Origin: an uncultured Candidatus Binatia bacterium
Lineage (GTDB): Bacteria; Desulfobacterota; Binatia; UBA9968; JAJDTQ01
Reading direction: 5' to 3'
Assembly (NCBI GenBank): GCA_965213675.1
Contig: OZ243916.1
Location: 2,848,001 to 2,912,000, forward strand
Length of the DNA: 64,000 bases
The translations under genes and the position numbers were made by a program. Shown piece after piece: positions 18,453-28,600 of the stretch. Position 1 is the first letter of the stretch, and each line of letters starts with the position of its first letter. Below the pieces are notes generated by a model. The model saw only the letters and a list, made by a program, of their open reading frames with translations, ran no database searches and was not told the DNA's origin.

Positions 18453-20918
18453 TCAGTCGCTCTCCTCCGCCTCCCGCACCAGCGCCCTGATGCGGTCGGG
18501 CGTGAGCGGCAGGTCCTTGATCTGGATGCCCAGGGACGACAGGGCGTGGGAGACGGCGTTGGCGAGGGCGGCGCCGCAGGCGACGATGCCGCCTTCGCCG
18601 GCGCCCTTGACGCCGAGGGGGTTGAGGGGCGAGGGGGAGTACTCGGTGATGATGCTTTCCACCGGGGGGATCTCCATGCTGGACGGGAGCGGGTAGTCGA
18701 GCAGGGTGGTGGTGAGCAACTGGCCGTCCTCGTTGTAGGCGAGTTCCTCCAGCAGGGTGCCGCCGATGCCCTGGGCGGCGGCGCCGAGGGCCTGGCCGTG
18801 CACGAGCAGGGGGTTGACGGCGCGGCCGACGTCTTCGAGCACCAAATACCGCAGGATCTCCACCATTCCCGTCTCGGGGTCGACGGCGACGTGCACCAGG
18901 TGGCCGCCGTAGGTGTAGGTGAGGCGGTCGGTGTGGAAGTACTCGGTGGCCTCGAGGCCGGGGGTGTCGCTGCCGGAGAGCCTGCCGGGCTTGGTCATTT
19001 CCAGCAGGTCGCCCAGGTTCAGCAGCGCGCGGCTGGCATCAGCGACATCGCCCCCCGGATTTCCGCGCGGTGCCTCGTACGGGGCAGGCTCTTCCCCGGA
19101 ATGACCGGGGCTGCCCGCTACGGGCCGGTCCGCCCCGGCGTCCGCCTCTCGACCGCCGCTGCCCGCCGCGGGCCGCTCCGTGCCGGCGGCATAGACCTTG
19201 CCAGAACGGAACTCCAGCCCCGCGGGGTCCGTCTCCAGCCGCCTCGCGGCCACCTCCAGCAAGCGTTTCCTGAGCGCCTCGGCCGTCAGGTGCACGGCGT
19301 TGCCGGCCATGACGGTGCCGCGGCTGGAGTAGGTGCCGCCGCCCCAGGGCATGAGGTCGGTGTGGCCGTGGAACACGGTGATCCACTCCATGGGCACGCC
19401 CAGGGCGTCCGCGCAGATCTGCGCCATGACGGTCTCGTGGCCTTGGCCCAGGGTGGCGATGCCCAGGTAGACGGCGACGCTCTCGGGGCCGGTGACGACC
19501 ACGCGCGCGCCCTCGGACGGCCCGAGGCCGGTGTTCTTCACGAACCAGCCGATGCCGATGCCGTGGTAACGGCCGTCCCGCTTCTGCCCCTGGAGGGGTT
19601 TCACCGCGTCGTAGCCGAACCGCTCCAGGGCGGTGGCCAGCGCCCGCGGGTAGTCGCCGCTGTCGAACACGGTGGAGGCGATGCCCGGGCGCGTGGGCCC
19701 CAGGTCGTAGGGCAATTCCTCGGGCTGGATGAGGTTCTTGCGGCGCAGGTCGATGGGGTCCATGCGCAGGTCGGCCGCGACCATGTCGAGCATGCGCTCG
19801 CGGAAGTAACACGACTCGAAGCGGCCGGGGGCGCGGTAGGTGCCCACCCCCATCTTGTTGGTCATGACGCACTCGACGTGGGCCTCGTAGGCGGGGAAGC
19901 GGTACGGCCCGGGCAGCACCGCGGCGGTGGACGCGGGCACCAAGCCGCCGTGGGTGCGGATGTGCGCGCCCATGTCGCCGTGGATGCGCGCGCGCATGGC
20001 CAGGAACGTGCCGTCCCGGCGCGTGGCGATCTCCAACTCGCAGCGCACCGCGCGCGAGTGGTTGGCGGCCATGAGGTGCTCACGCCGGTCCTCGATCCAC
20101 TTCACGGGCCGCCCGAGGGTCATGGCGGCATAGGGAATCAGGTAGTCCTCGGGATAGAACTCGCCGCGGATGCCGAAGCCGCCGCCCACGTCGGGCTCGA
20201 TGAAGTGGATGCGGTGTTCGGGCATCTCCAGCAGGGACGACAGCACCGCGCGGTTGAAGTGCGCCACCTTGGTCATGCCCCACACCGTCAACTCGCCGCG
20301 CCCGGCGTCCCAGGATGCCACGAGGCCGCGGGTTTCCATGGGGTTGCCCGTATGGCGGTGCACGCGCAGGACTTCCTTGCGCGTGTACTCGGCATCGCGG
20401 AACGCTCCGTCCACGTCGCCGAGCTTGATGTCGTAGCCGCCGGCCACGTTGGTGCCCTGTTCCTCGTGGATGAGGATGTCGCCCTTGAGCGCCGCCTCCA
20501 CGTCCGGCACGGCTGGAAGCGGCTCGTACTCCACGTCGATCAAGTCCGCGCCGTCCTCGGCCACGTAACGGTCCACTGCCGCCACCAGCGCCACCGGCTC
20601 GCCCACGTAGGCGACCTTGTCCCGCGCCAGCGGATACTGGAGAAAGCGGTCCAGACCATCCAGCGCGTACATGCGCAGCGGCACCGGCTTCACCCCGGCG
20701 GGCAGGTCCGCGAACGTGAGTGCCGCAGCCACCCCCGGGAGCTTCAACGCCGCCGACACGTCCACCGACTTGATGCGCGCGTGCGCGTGCGGGCTCCGCA
20801 GCACGGCCGCGTAAAGCACCCCGGGGAGCTTCACATCATCGATGAACGTGGCCCTGCCGGTCAGGAACCGGACATCTTCACCGCGCCGTATGGGCGCCCC
20901 GATGTATGTCTGCGTCAC
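18453..20918 (-). CDS. Xanthine dehydrogenase-family molybdoprotein large subunit (CoxL-like)
   Basis: RSPHAHA, PMETRG, VGGGFG, YRAPGR, GQGHET, TYSSRG, VKGAGEGG. Confidence 0.92.
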   Translation of the reverse strand: MTQTYIGAPIRRGEDVRFLTGRATFIDDVKLPGVLYAAVLRSPHAHARIKSVDVSAALKLPGVAAALTFADLPAGVKPVPLRMYALDGLDRFLQYPLARDKVAYVGEPVALVAAVDRYVAEDGADLIDVEYEPLPAVPDVEAALKGDILIHEEQGTNVAGGYDIKLGDVDGAFRDAEYTRKEVLRVHRHTGNPMETRGLVASWDAGRGELTVWGMTKVAHFNRAVLSSLLEMPEHRIHFIEPDVGGGFGIRGEFYPEDYLIPYAAMTLGRPVKWIEDRREHLMAANHSRAVRCELEIATRRDGTFLAMRARIHGDMGAHIRTHGGLVPASTAAVLPGPYRFPAYEAHVECVMTNKMGVGTYRAPGRFESCYFRERMLDMVAADLRMDPIDLRRKNLIQPEELPYDLGPTRPGIASTVFDSGDYPRALATALERFGYDAVKPLQGQKRDGRYHGIGIGWFVKNTGLGPSEGARVVVTGPESVAVYLGIATLGQGHETVMAQICADALGVPMEWITVFHGHTDLMPWGGGTYSSRGTVMAGNAVHLTAEALRKRLLEVAARRLETDPAGLEFRSGKVYAAGTERPAAGSGGREADAGADRPVAGSPGHSGEEPAPYEAPRGNPGGDVADASRALLNLGDLLEMTKPGRLSGSDTPGLEATEYFHTDRLTYTYGGHLVHVAVDPETGMVEILRYLVLEDVGRAVNPLLVHGQALGAAAQGIGGTLLEELAYNEDGQLLTTTLLDYPLPSSMEIPPVESIITEYSPSPLNPLGVKGAGEGGIVACGAALANAVSHALSSLGIQIKDLPLTPDRIRALVREAEESD

Positions 20919-21040
20919 GGGCTCTTCCCTCCCCGCCCATGGATACCCGCGTCCCCGTAATGACCATTCGAAATCACCCCGATCAGGCCTTCATGAGGAC
21001 ACGCGCGTTAATGGTGTGCACGGCGGCCGTGCCCGGCGCC

Positions 21041-23449
21041 TCAGAACGCCCAGCGCCAGCCGCCCAGGAAGGTCAGTTCGGGGGCGGCGTCCTTGCGGTG
21101 CCCGGGGCGGTGGCTGTACACGGCGCCCAGGCGAAGCTCACCCTTGGGCAGAGGCCGGAGCCATTCGCCGGAGAAGTCCACCTGCCGGGCGCTCGGGGCC
21201 AGGCCAGCGCTCACCGCGTCGTACGACACCGCCCCGGACTTCGTGCGGCTCACCGGCACGGTCAAGGACGCCCGCCCGCGCTCCACGCGCAGGGGCTGCG
21301 ACACGGAAAGGCGCAGCGTGCCGGCGTGGGCCAGCGCCCGGCTCGCGCGCAGCGTGAACGCGCTGGTGGCCAGCGACGACACCCGGTCCACCAAGCCCGC
21401 GCGCGCGTCGGGCACGACGATGCCCACCTCGGCGTTGACGCCGATGCGCCACCGGCCCAGCGCCGTGTGCGCGTCCAGCCCCAGGAAGGACGTGTCCGCC
21501 GCCAACCCGCCGAACCCACCTTCTCCCACGCTCCCCAAAAGCGTCCTGGGCTCGCCGATCCAGCCGGCCCGCATGCCCCAGGGCGACCCCATGCGCCGCC
21601 AGTTCAGCGCCGCCCCCACCGTGGGCCGCTGTCCCGGCGTGGTGAACGCGGCCACGGACACGCCTCCCCGCGCCGCCAGAGTCGCCTGCACCGCCCCCGC
21701 GGCCAGCGACATGTGGCTGCCCCGGACCTCGGCCGACGCTTCCACGCGGTTGGCGTACAGCGTGATGGGCGCCGCGTCGCCGGCACGACCGCCTCGGTCC
21801 CCCGGCGCGTGGAGCGCGTGACGCGGCTGTGCCGCACCCGCGGGCGCCGCGGCACGTTCCAGGCTGCCCGCGCCCCGGTGTGAGGCAACGGGGTCGTCCG
21901 CACGACCCGGCCACGCTCGGTCGGGCGCCAGGAAGCCCCGCAGCCGCGCCGTCACCGATGGCCCGCCCGCGGCCCCGGCCAAGTCCCCCAGCCGGTACCA
22001 AAACGGCGCTCCCATCCGGTCCAGCGCCATGACCTCCCGCGACGCCAGCGACCGCCGGAGCCCGTCCCCAAACGCCGTCCCCGGGCTGATGGATGTGGAC
22101 AGCAAGCGGAACCCGCCCTGTCCCACGCGCGTGTCCACCGGAACCTCCAGCACCCCCACCGGCGAGGTTGCCGCGCCCAGGTCCATCGATCCCTGGCCGT
22201 AGACGGTCGCATCGGCGTAGAAGCCGGTCTTGTCGGCGGTCTCGAACAACCGGGTCACCAGGTCCGTGTTCGCCAACTGATCGCGGAAGAGTTGCTTCAT
22301 GATGGCGAGCCCGCCGGACACCATGGGGGCGGCCAACGAGGTCCCTCGGGTCTCCAGAAAGTCCCGACTGTCGAAACCACCCACCGCCGGACCGAAATAC
22401 GCGGCGGTGACACCGGCGCCCGGGGCGGCGATGCAGTAGTCCGCGGCCAAGCCGCAACGATTGGAAAAGTAGGCGATCTTCCCGTCGGCCGGGTTCAGGG
22501 CGATGACCGCGATGGAGTGGCCTTGCAGCTCCTCGATGCGTGCCGCAAGCCCCGGCAGAATGTCCACCGACGTGGCGTTCAGCGCCCAATGCGGACAGTT
22601 CTCTGTGGTGGCCGGGTGGCAAAGATCACCGTGGGAGTTGCCCGCCGCCCACACGAGAATGGCCTTTTCCCCGGCGTCCGCCTGGGCCAGAGCCGCGAGG
22701 GTGCTGCCGTAATGGGCGCGCAGGCCCTCCTCGGTATAACCGTCGATGATCCCCTGATAGCCGAAACTCAGGTTCAGGATGTCCACCTTGCGGTCGCCGT
22801 CGCGCCAGGACAGCACCTGCTGGTACAACGCCGTGTCCTCGGCATCCACCAAAGACAACACATCCACGGGAATCGGCCGGTAGATGCCGTCACCTTGGCC
22901 CAGGGTCAGGGCGAACATGGCGATGTCCGCCCCCCAGGCCACGCCGTGGTGGGCATAGGGTATGCCGGTGCGCGCCCCGGCCGCGACGCTGGCCACCGCG
23001 GTTCCGTGGGAAATGCCCTCTTCTTCGGAGCCCGTCTCGTCCACAGCGCCAGGAGTGAACTCCTCGGTGACGGTCCGATTCCCGTTCCCCGCAATGGACG
23101 GATGCTCCAGGTCGATGCCCGTGTCGATGAACCCGATGGTCACGCCCGCCCCAGGCTCGGCCTCCGGCCCCTTCACCAAGGCCAGGTTGCCGTAGGCCTC
23201 ATCCGCTTTGATGTGCGTCAGACCCCACTGGTTCTGAAATCCCGGCGCCTCGCGGTACTTCTCGCTCTCCTCCGCCGCGGCAGCCTTCACCGCCTCGGGC
23301 TCGACGCACTCACCGCCCTGCACCTCGATGCACTTGTCCGGAGCGAGCTGCGAACGTCCGCCAATGTTGCCGCAGCCGGCGAGACCGAGCACCAGAAAAA
23401 GGAGGACGAGAAACGTGAGTGCGGCCGTGAACCGGGAATGGTGTGACAT
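21041..23449 (-). CDS. S8 subtilisin-like serine peptidase lipoprotein with C-terminal beta-barrel-like region
   Basis: Lipobox LAGC; catalytic triad motifs IDTG, HGT, GTSLAAP; AAGN; ends in aromatic WRWAF. Confidence 0.88.
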   Translation of the reverse strand: MSHHSRFTAALTFLVLLFLVLGLAGCGNIGGRSQLAPDKCIEVQGGECVEPEAVKAAAAEESEKYREAPGFQNQWGLTHIKADEAYGNLALVKGPEAEPGAGVTIGFIDTGIDLEHPSIAGNGNRTVTEEFTPGAVDETGSEEEGISHGTAVASVAAGARTGIPYAHHGVAWGADIAMFALTLGQGDGIYRPIPVDVLSLVDAEDTALYQQVLSWRDGDRKVDILNLSFGYQGIIDGYTEEGLRAHYGSTLAALAQADAGEKAILVWAAGNSHGDLCHPATTENCPHWALNATSVDILPGLAARIEELQGHSIAVIALNPADGKIAYFSNRCGLAADYCIAAPGAGVTAAYFGPAVGGFDSRDFLETRGTSLAAPMVSGGLAIMKQLFRDQLANTDLVTRLFETADKTGFYADATVYGQGSMDLGAATSPVGVLEVPVDTRVGQGGFRLLSTSISPGTAFGDGLRRSLASREVMALDRMGAPFWYRLGDLAGAAGGPSVTARLRGFLAPDRAWPGRADDPVASHRGAGSLERAAAPAGAAQPRHALHAPGDRGGRAGDAAPITLYANRVEASAEVRGSHMSLAAGAVQATLAARGGVSVAAFTTPGQRPTVGAALNWRRMGSPWGMRAGWIGEPRTLLGSVGEGGFGGLAADTSFLGLDAHTALGRWRIGVNAEVGIVVPDARAGLVDRVSSLATSAFTLRASRALAHAGTLRLSVSQPLRVERGRASLTVPVSRTKSGAVSYDAVSAGLAPSARQVDFSGEWLRPLPKGELRLGAVYSHRPGHRKDAAPELTFLGGWRWAF

Positions 23450-23774
23450 GGGGCCCCCCCTGTGATCTGGCTGTGTTTGAACATCGGCCTGTCCAACGGG
23501 CACTTTATCGAATCATGCAGACTTTGCATAATCCGTCCGTTGTTCAGGACTTCCACGTCAAGGGACGATTCAACGAGAGGGTAACGCTCATCAAACAACA
23601 AGACTCCAATGTTGCAATCGCCGAACAGGATGAGGGATATGGTAAGCAATAGGCAAGGGGCTTTTGGGAAGGGAAAGGGAGCTGCCGCTTACGCTCACGG
23701 TAGGTGAGGTCAAGCGGCAGGCGGTCTCGAAGAGAAAAGGCGAGCCGAAAAATATCTCTGCGAGATGGGAGAGG

Positions 23775-24071
23775 TTAGAGAAATTTGACGAGGGCGACGA
23801 TCAGACCGCCTTGGGCGATCATCCCACCGAACAGCCATTTCACAAGGTCTGCCTTCACCCCCGCGATGGTGGCGACGGTTTCGTGCCGTAAGGCCTCTAT
23901 GCCGGCCTTGGTTTCTTGCCGCAGGGATTCTATGTCCGCTTTAGTGGCGAGGTTGGAGTTGAGGAGAGCGACATGCTCTTCGGCAAGCGTCTCGGCCTGC
24001 TTCTCGGTGAAGCCGCTCTCGGTCAAGCGCTTGACGAAGCGGTGAGTGTCGAAGGCGATGGCCTCGGTCAT
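23775..24071 (-). CDS. CCDC90/DUF1640-family coiled-coil membrane protein
   Basis: MTEAIAFDTHRFVKRLTESGFTEKQAE...LATKADI...C-terminal TM helix. Confidence 0.85.
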   Translation of the reverse strand: MTEAIAFDTHRFVKRLTESGFTEKQAETLAEEHVALLNSNLATKADIESLRQETKAGIEALRHETVATIAGVKADLVKWLFGGMIAQGGLIVALVKFL

Positions 24072-24204
24072 AATTTCATAATAGCTATTCCACCGGCGGA
24101 GGACAAGAACCCCGACATCTCCAGCAGCTCCTTGCAACGTTGGGGTAGGGTTACCGAAATATTACGAAACGTCATTGCCCAGCGACGACGAATGGTGAGC
24201 GGAG

Positions 24205-25584
24205 CTAGAACTGCCGCACAAACCGTAGCTCTCCGCTGGTCCTCCGGTAGTCGTAGAGCTGAGCATTGGTTTCCCGGACCTCTCGCACCACGGACAGTTG
24301 CGGGCTGAAGCCGAACAGCGTGAAGCCCCGGTTCAGGACCGACGCTCGCAGCGTCAGGGTCTCGTCCTTTCGCACCACACCGGAAGGTGTATGGGGCGGC
24401 CAGCTTGCTTCGTAGTCCGTCCAGCGGTATCCGGCGGTCCCGGACAGGTTGAACCCGTAAGGCAGCACCAGCGACACACCCGTCTGGAGCCATGTATTCT
24501 CGTTGCGATTGCGCAAGCTCAGCGGCCGGTCCCGGCCGTGCCCGACGGTGAGATTCGCCCGCACGGTCGGCCTGACCACCCAGCTTGTGTTGACGGAAAT
24601 ACTCCTCACGGGGCCGTCCAAGGCCTTGTTGGTGTAGTACCGCCGGTCATGCCAGGAAGCATTGCCGGCCAAGGTGAGCCGCCTCGCCAACCGGTGCCTC
24701 ACCTGCAAGCGCGCTCCCAGGTCAAAGTAGTCCCGCTTGTTGCCGGTCCACTGATTTCGCCAATTGGCCAACACACTGAACTGCGTGCTGCGGGAAGCCA
24801 GCACCCGCGGCCCCGCGTGAACCGACACCAGCAACTTGTTGAACTCGTCCTTCGAGTACTCCCGACTCGACAGGTCCGCACCCATGCGGAGCCGGAGCCG
24901 TTCCCCCACCGGATGGTGGTATTCTCCGCCGCCCCAAACCGAAAGGCCGACCCCCGATGTCGTGAGGTTTTCCGAGTCTCGCCTGAACGGCAGTCCAAAG
25001 ATCTCAATGACCCGGGCGTCCGACTGGCCCCCGATGTTCGTGTCCGGCGCCAAAGCAAAACCCATATTGACGCTCCAGCGCCGGCGTGCCCGAATGCGCC
25101 ACAGGAAACTACGCACGTTGGCAATTACCGGAGCTGGAGGGTCCCCGGCGAGAACGCGCTCGAAGTGTTCCTTGGCGAGATCGTCCTCCCCCAAATTAAA
25201 AAAGGCCCGCGCCAACTCCAGTCGCACCCGCACCAACCCCGGCTCCCCAACCAACAGACCGCGGAACGCCCCAATGGCCTCTTCAAGAAGAACCGCGGCC
25301 TCACCCTCGTCCCGTCCCCCAGACTGTTGGGCGGCCTCCAAGGCAGCCAGACCGCGCAGAAATGCCACGTTCTTATCAAACCCCCGTTCCCGTACCAACC
25401 CCCGCAAAATTGCGAGAGCTTCGCGGTGGCGACCCTGGCTGATTAGGATTCGACTGTTCTGAACACCACGCTCAAAAACCCCTTCCGCCCCCGGAGCCGT
25501 GCGCTCGGGCTGCTGGGCCTCGGCCCCGAACACCCCCAACACCAGAACCGCGATCACTCCGAAGACTACCCTGTTGAGTTCCAT
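24205..25584 (-). CDS. Surface lipoprotein assembly modifier (Slam/DUF560, type XI secretion)
   Basis: Signal peptide, TPR region (RVRLELARAFF), DTNI motif, beta barrel ending NAQLYDYRR...FVRQF; lies downstream of a TbpB-like lipoprotein gene. Confidence 0.85.
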   Translation of the reverse strand: MELNRVVFGVIAVLVLGVFGAEAQQPERTAPGAEGVFERGVQNSRILISQGRHREALAILRGLVRERGFDKNVAFLRGLAALEAAQQSGGRDEGEAAVLLEEAIGAFRGLLVGEPGLVRVRLELARAFFNLGEDDLAKEHFERVLAGDPPAPVIANVRSFLWRIRARRRWSVNMGFALAPDTNIGGQSDARVIEIFGLPFRRDSENLTTSGVGLSVWGGGEYHHPVGERLRLRMGADLSSREYSKDEFNKLLVSVHAGPRVLASRSTQFSVLANWRNQWTGNKRDYFDLGARLQVRHRLARRLTLAGNASWHDRRYYTNKALDGPVRSISVNTSWVVRPTVRANLTVGHGRDRPLSLRNRNENTWLQTGVSLVLPYGFNLSGTAGYRWTDYEASWPPHTPSGVVRKDETLTLRASVLNRGFTLFGFSPQLSVVREVRETNAQLYDYRRTSGELRFVRQF

Positions 25585-25689
25585 GCCTCGAACTTTCCCG
25601 CTAAATGCAAAGAGGGGGACAGCCAACCGACTGCCCCCCTCTCGCTGCGCCTTCCCTCAAAGGAAGAACTGTTGTTATCGCTTCGTAGG

Positions 25690-28600
25690 TTACGGCTTCA
25701 AATGAGCGCCGAAAGCGCCAACGAAACTTTCCGTTACCGCGTCATCCCCCGAGCCCGTGGTACTGCTGAGACCAAAGGTGCCGGCGGCAGCCTTCGGCGC
25801 GACGTGGGACTCGTCCACGTCCTCGGTATCTGTATCATTTGCCGTAGGGCCGAAAAACGACCCTTCCCATTTACCGTTGAACTTGTAGTGCGCGGCGCCC
25901 GGATCGCTCATCGCGCCCATAACGGCATCACCGCCCGTCCACGTAGCTTGGCCCTCAGTTAGTACAGTCCGCATCAGCAAAATACTATCGCCGTACTCTT
26001 CGCCGTCTACAAATATCCCGTCCACCGAGCCCTCAATCGTTCCCGGCATATCATCCGCCCCGAAGTTCGCCACCAGCGTCGCGGCACCGTCAAAGTATGA
26101 CACCGCCCCGCCAGTCTTGTGATGGGCACCGACGGCCTCTCCGACATATCTGGCTGCGCCCGTAACTTTGTTCGCCACGGGGGCCTCGTATTCCTCCGTG
26201 CCGCCTTTCGCAAACGCCCCGAACGTGTCAAGGCCACTGCTAGCTGCTTCAGCTAGCCATATCCCAAAGAGCAAGTAGTCTTCCTGATCATCGGCCTCGA
26301 CCGCGGTCACGGCACTCCTCGAGCCCGAAAAGCGGTATCCTGACATAGCGCTGACCATTACGGTGTCGTCATCTCCTGTTGTAAATGTCACCGAGCATTG
26401 TACGCCATCTGGACAAGTGAAACGCCCACTGAGATCGGGCGTAGCCTCGTTCTTATCGTCGTCGAAGTCGCCTGAGTAGACCTTGTCGGAAACGAAGCGC
26501 AACTTCTTGATATAGTCCAGATCCTCAAGTTCAATTTCCTTATTGTCGACACGCTTCGCCTGTACCCCAGTAACGGCCGCAATCTGCTTCTCCTTGTCGG
26601 AGAAGAGCAACAACTGGCTGTTGCCGTCAGTAGTGGGACCGGAAACGGAGAACCGATGCCTAAATGCGCCAGGCCCATCCTCTTTGTATTCCACCTTAGC
26701 CTCGTTGTCACCAAAGGTCACACCGGTAACGGTGACACTCGGCTCATCCTCCGTCCCCAGCCACGCTACGGTCCCGCTCACATCTGTACCTCTGTCCGTC
26801 GCCGCCGCCGTCAACGTCAACGCTGCGCCAACCCGCGCCGTTTCCTCCTCACGCAACTTGGCGGCAGTCTTCGTGACGGTATCTCGATCCGTGTCGTACA
26901 TATCCGCAGTAATGTCGTATGCATTCGCCTGCTTGAACAGATCAAGGACATGCTCGCCGGCAGCTTCCACCGCCATATCAGCATAGTTCTCCGCGTTCAT
27001 AGCAGCGGCTTTGGCGCTCAAGATGTCACCATCCGCTTCGCCATCGTAAGCCATCTTCGCATCGTCCCTATGCCCTTCCGCCTCCGTCTGATACGTCATC
27101 GCCTCAGTCGACATCATTGCGCCGGCGGCAGACGTGGAGGCGGCCATAGCGTCGGTACTCGCGTTCATGGCGCGAGTCGCCGCCGCGCGGGCAGCCGTGT
27201 ACGCTTTCATCGCCTCGTCTAGGGCAGCCTTCGCACCTTCCGAGTTCTTCCTCCCTCTCATCGCCTTTTCGTAAGCGTCTTGCGCTCGTTTTACCTCGCC
27301 ACCGGTACCATCCGCACCACCAGCCATGTCCGCCGCCGCTTTAGCGGCGTTGGAGTGCTCCATGGCTTTGTCGGCGGCCGTCTTCGCGGCGCCCTGTGCG
27401 GTCTTTAGCGCGACCGCCTCCCTGTCCGCCCTCAGCCGGTTAGCGATCATCTGATCGTCCTTGGCCTCAGCTTCGCTCTCCGCGGCGTGACCAGCCGCGG
27501 TCTCCGCGGCGGTCAAGTGCGTCTGCGCTTCGGCGGCGGTGGTAGCTCCCTGTGCCTTACTATTCGCCTCCTTGGCGTCGGCATAGTGACCCTCCGCCGC
27601 TTCAGCTGCGAGCACGAGGCGGGCATGAACGTCTCCGCCAACATCCTCGGCGTTTGTCGCGATGGTGCGCGCGGCTTCGGCACTTAGTTTTGCAGCCGCT
27701 TCAGCAGCAGCAGCGTCCGACTTGAGGTCGGCCAACGCCTTCGCATCACTCACCATGCCAGCATACTTATTGGCGTCGTCAAGAGCGTTGTCAGCGTCCA
27801 TCTTGGCGTTCTCAGCATTGCGCTGATGAATCATCGCCACGCTGGACTCGGTGGCGGCCTGCGCCATCCCGTTCGCCGCCTGGGCTGCGGCATGTGCCGC
27901 CATGGCGGCGTTCATTGCCTTAACGGCCTCATCGTATGCATCCGAGCCATCGTCCTCAAGCTCGCTTACAGCAGCCATGGCGTCGTCGTATGCCTTCTTA
28001 GCCGCGGCCTCGGCCTCCTGTGCTTTTTTCTTCGCGTCATCCAACGCCATCCGCTCGTCGTCGCCCGAGCCGGTCACCGCCCCCGCGGCGTTCTCGGCGA
28101 CCTCGCCGTAGCTCATCGCATCATCCCGGGCCGCTTCAACCTGGCCTTGATACATCTTCGCATCCGCCGACGTGGCGGCGGCCTGCGCCTTTGTGTTCGC
28201 GGCCATGGCGGCCATATAGGCGGCCTCGGCCTTGTCCAGGGCGCGCGTCGCTTCCGCGTACTTCAGGGCGTTGCTCGTCGCATCCGCCATCGCGTTATCG
28301 ACGGCCGCCTTCGCCTCGTTGTAGGCCGTCTCGGCTGCCGTTGCCGCGTCATTGGCCGCCATCTTGGCGGCGTTCAGCGCCATGGCCTCGTCGGCCTTCA
28401 TCTTGGCGTCGGCCACCATTCCGGCTTCAGTGGAAGCCTCGTCGCTGGCGGCTCGGGCTGCGTCCCGGGCGCCCTCGGCGGTCCTCTGCGCCTGTTCCGC
28501 CGCGGCGGAAGTAGTCGCGGCTTGCGCGGAGGAGTTCCACCTCACAGCATCCCTGTAGGCCGCGCCGGCCCGGTCGCGCGCGGCCACGGCGGCATTGTAG

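Noticed and set aside
18453-20918. Aerobic CO dehydrogenase (form I or II CoxL)
   Set aside because: The active-site loop is TYRAPGR, not AYRCSFR or AYRGAGR, and no coxM/coxS genes are adjacent.
18189-20960. 923-aa plus-strand ORF and similar long ORFs (1038-2267, 43357-45609, 46241-48160, 54033-55796, 57382-59214, 61010-62929)
   Set aside because: Antisense shadow frames of well-supported genes in high-GC DNA; no recognisable motifs.
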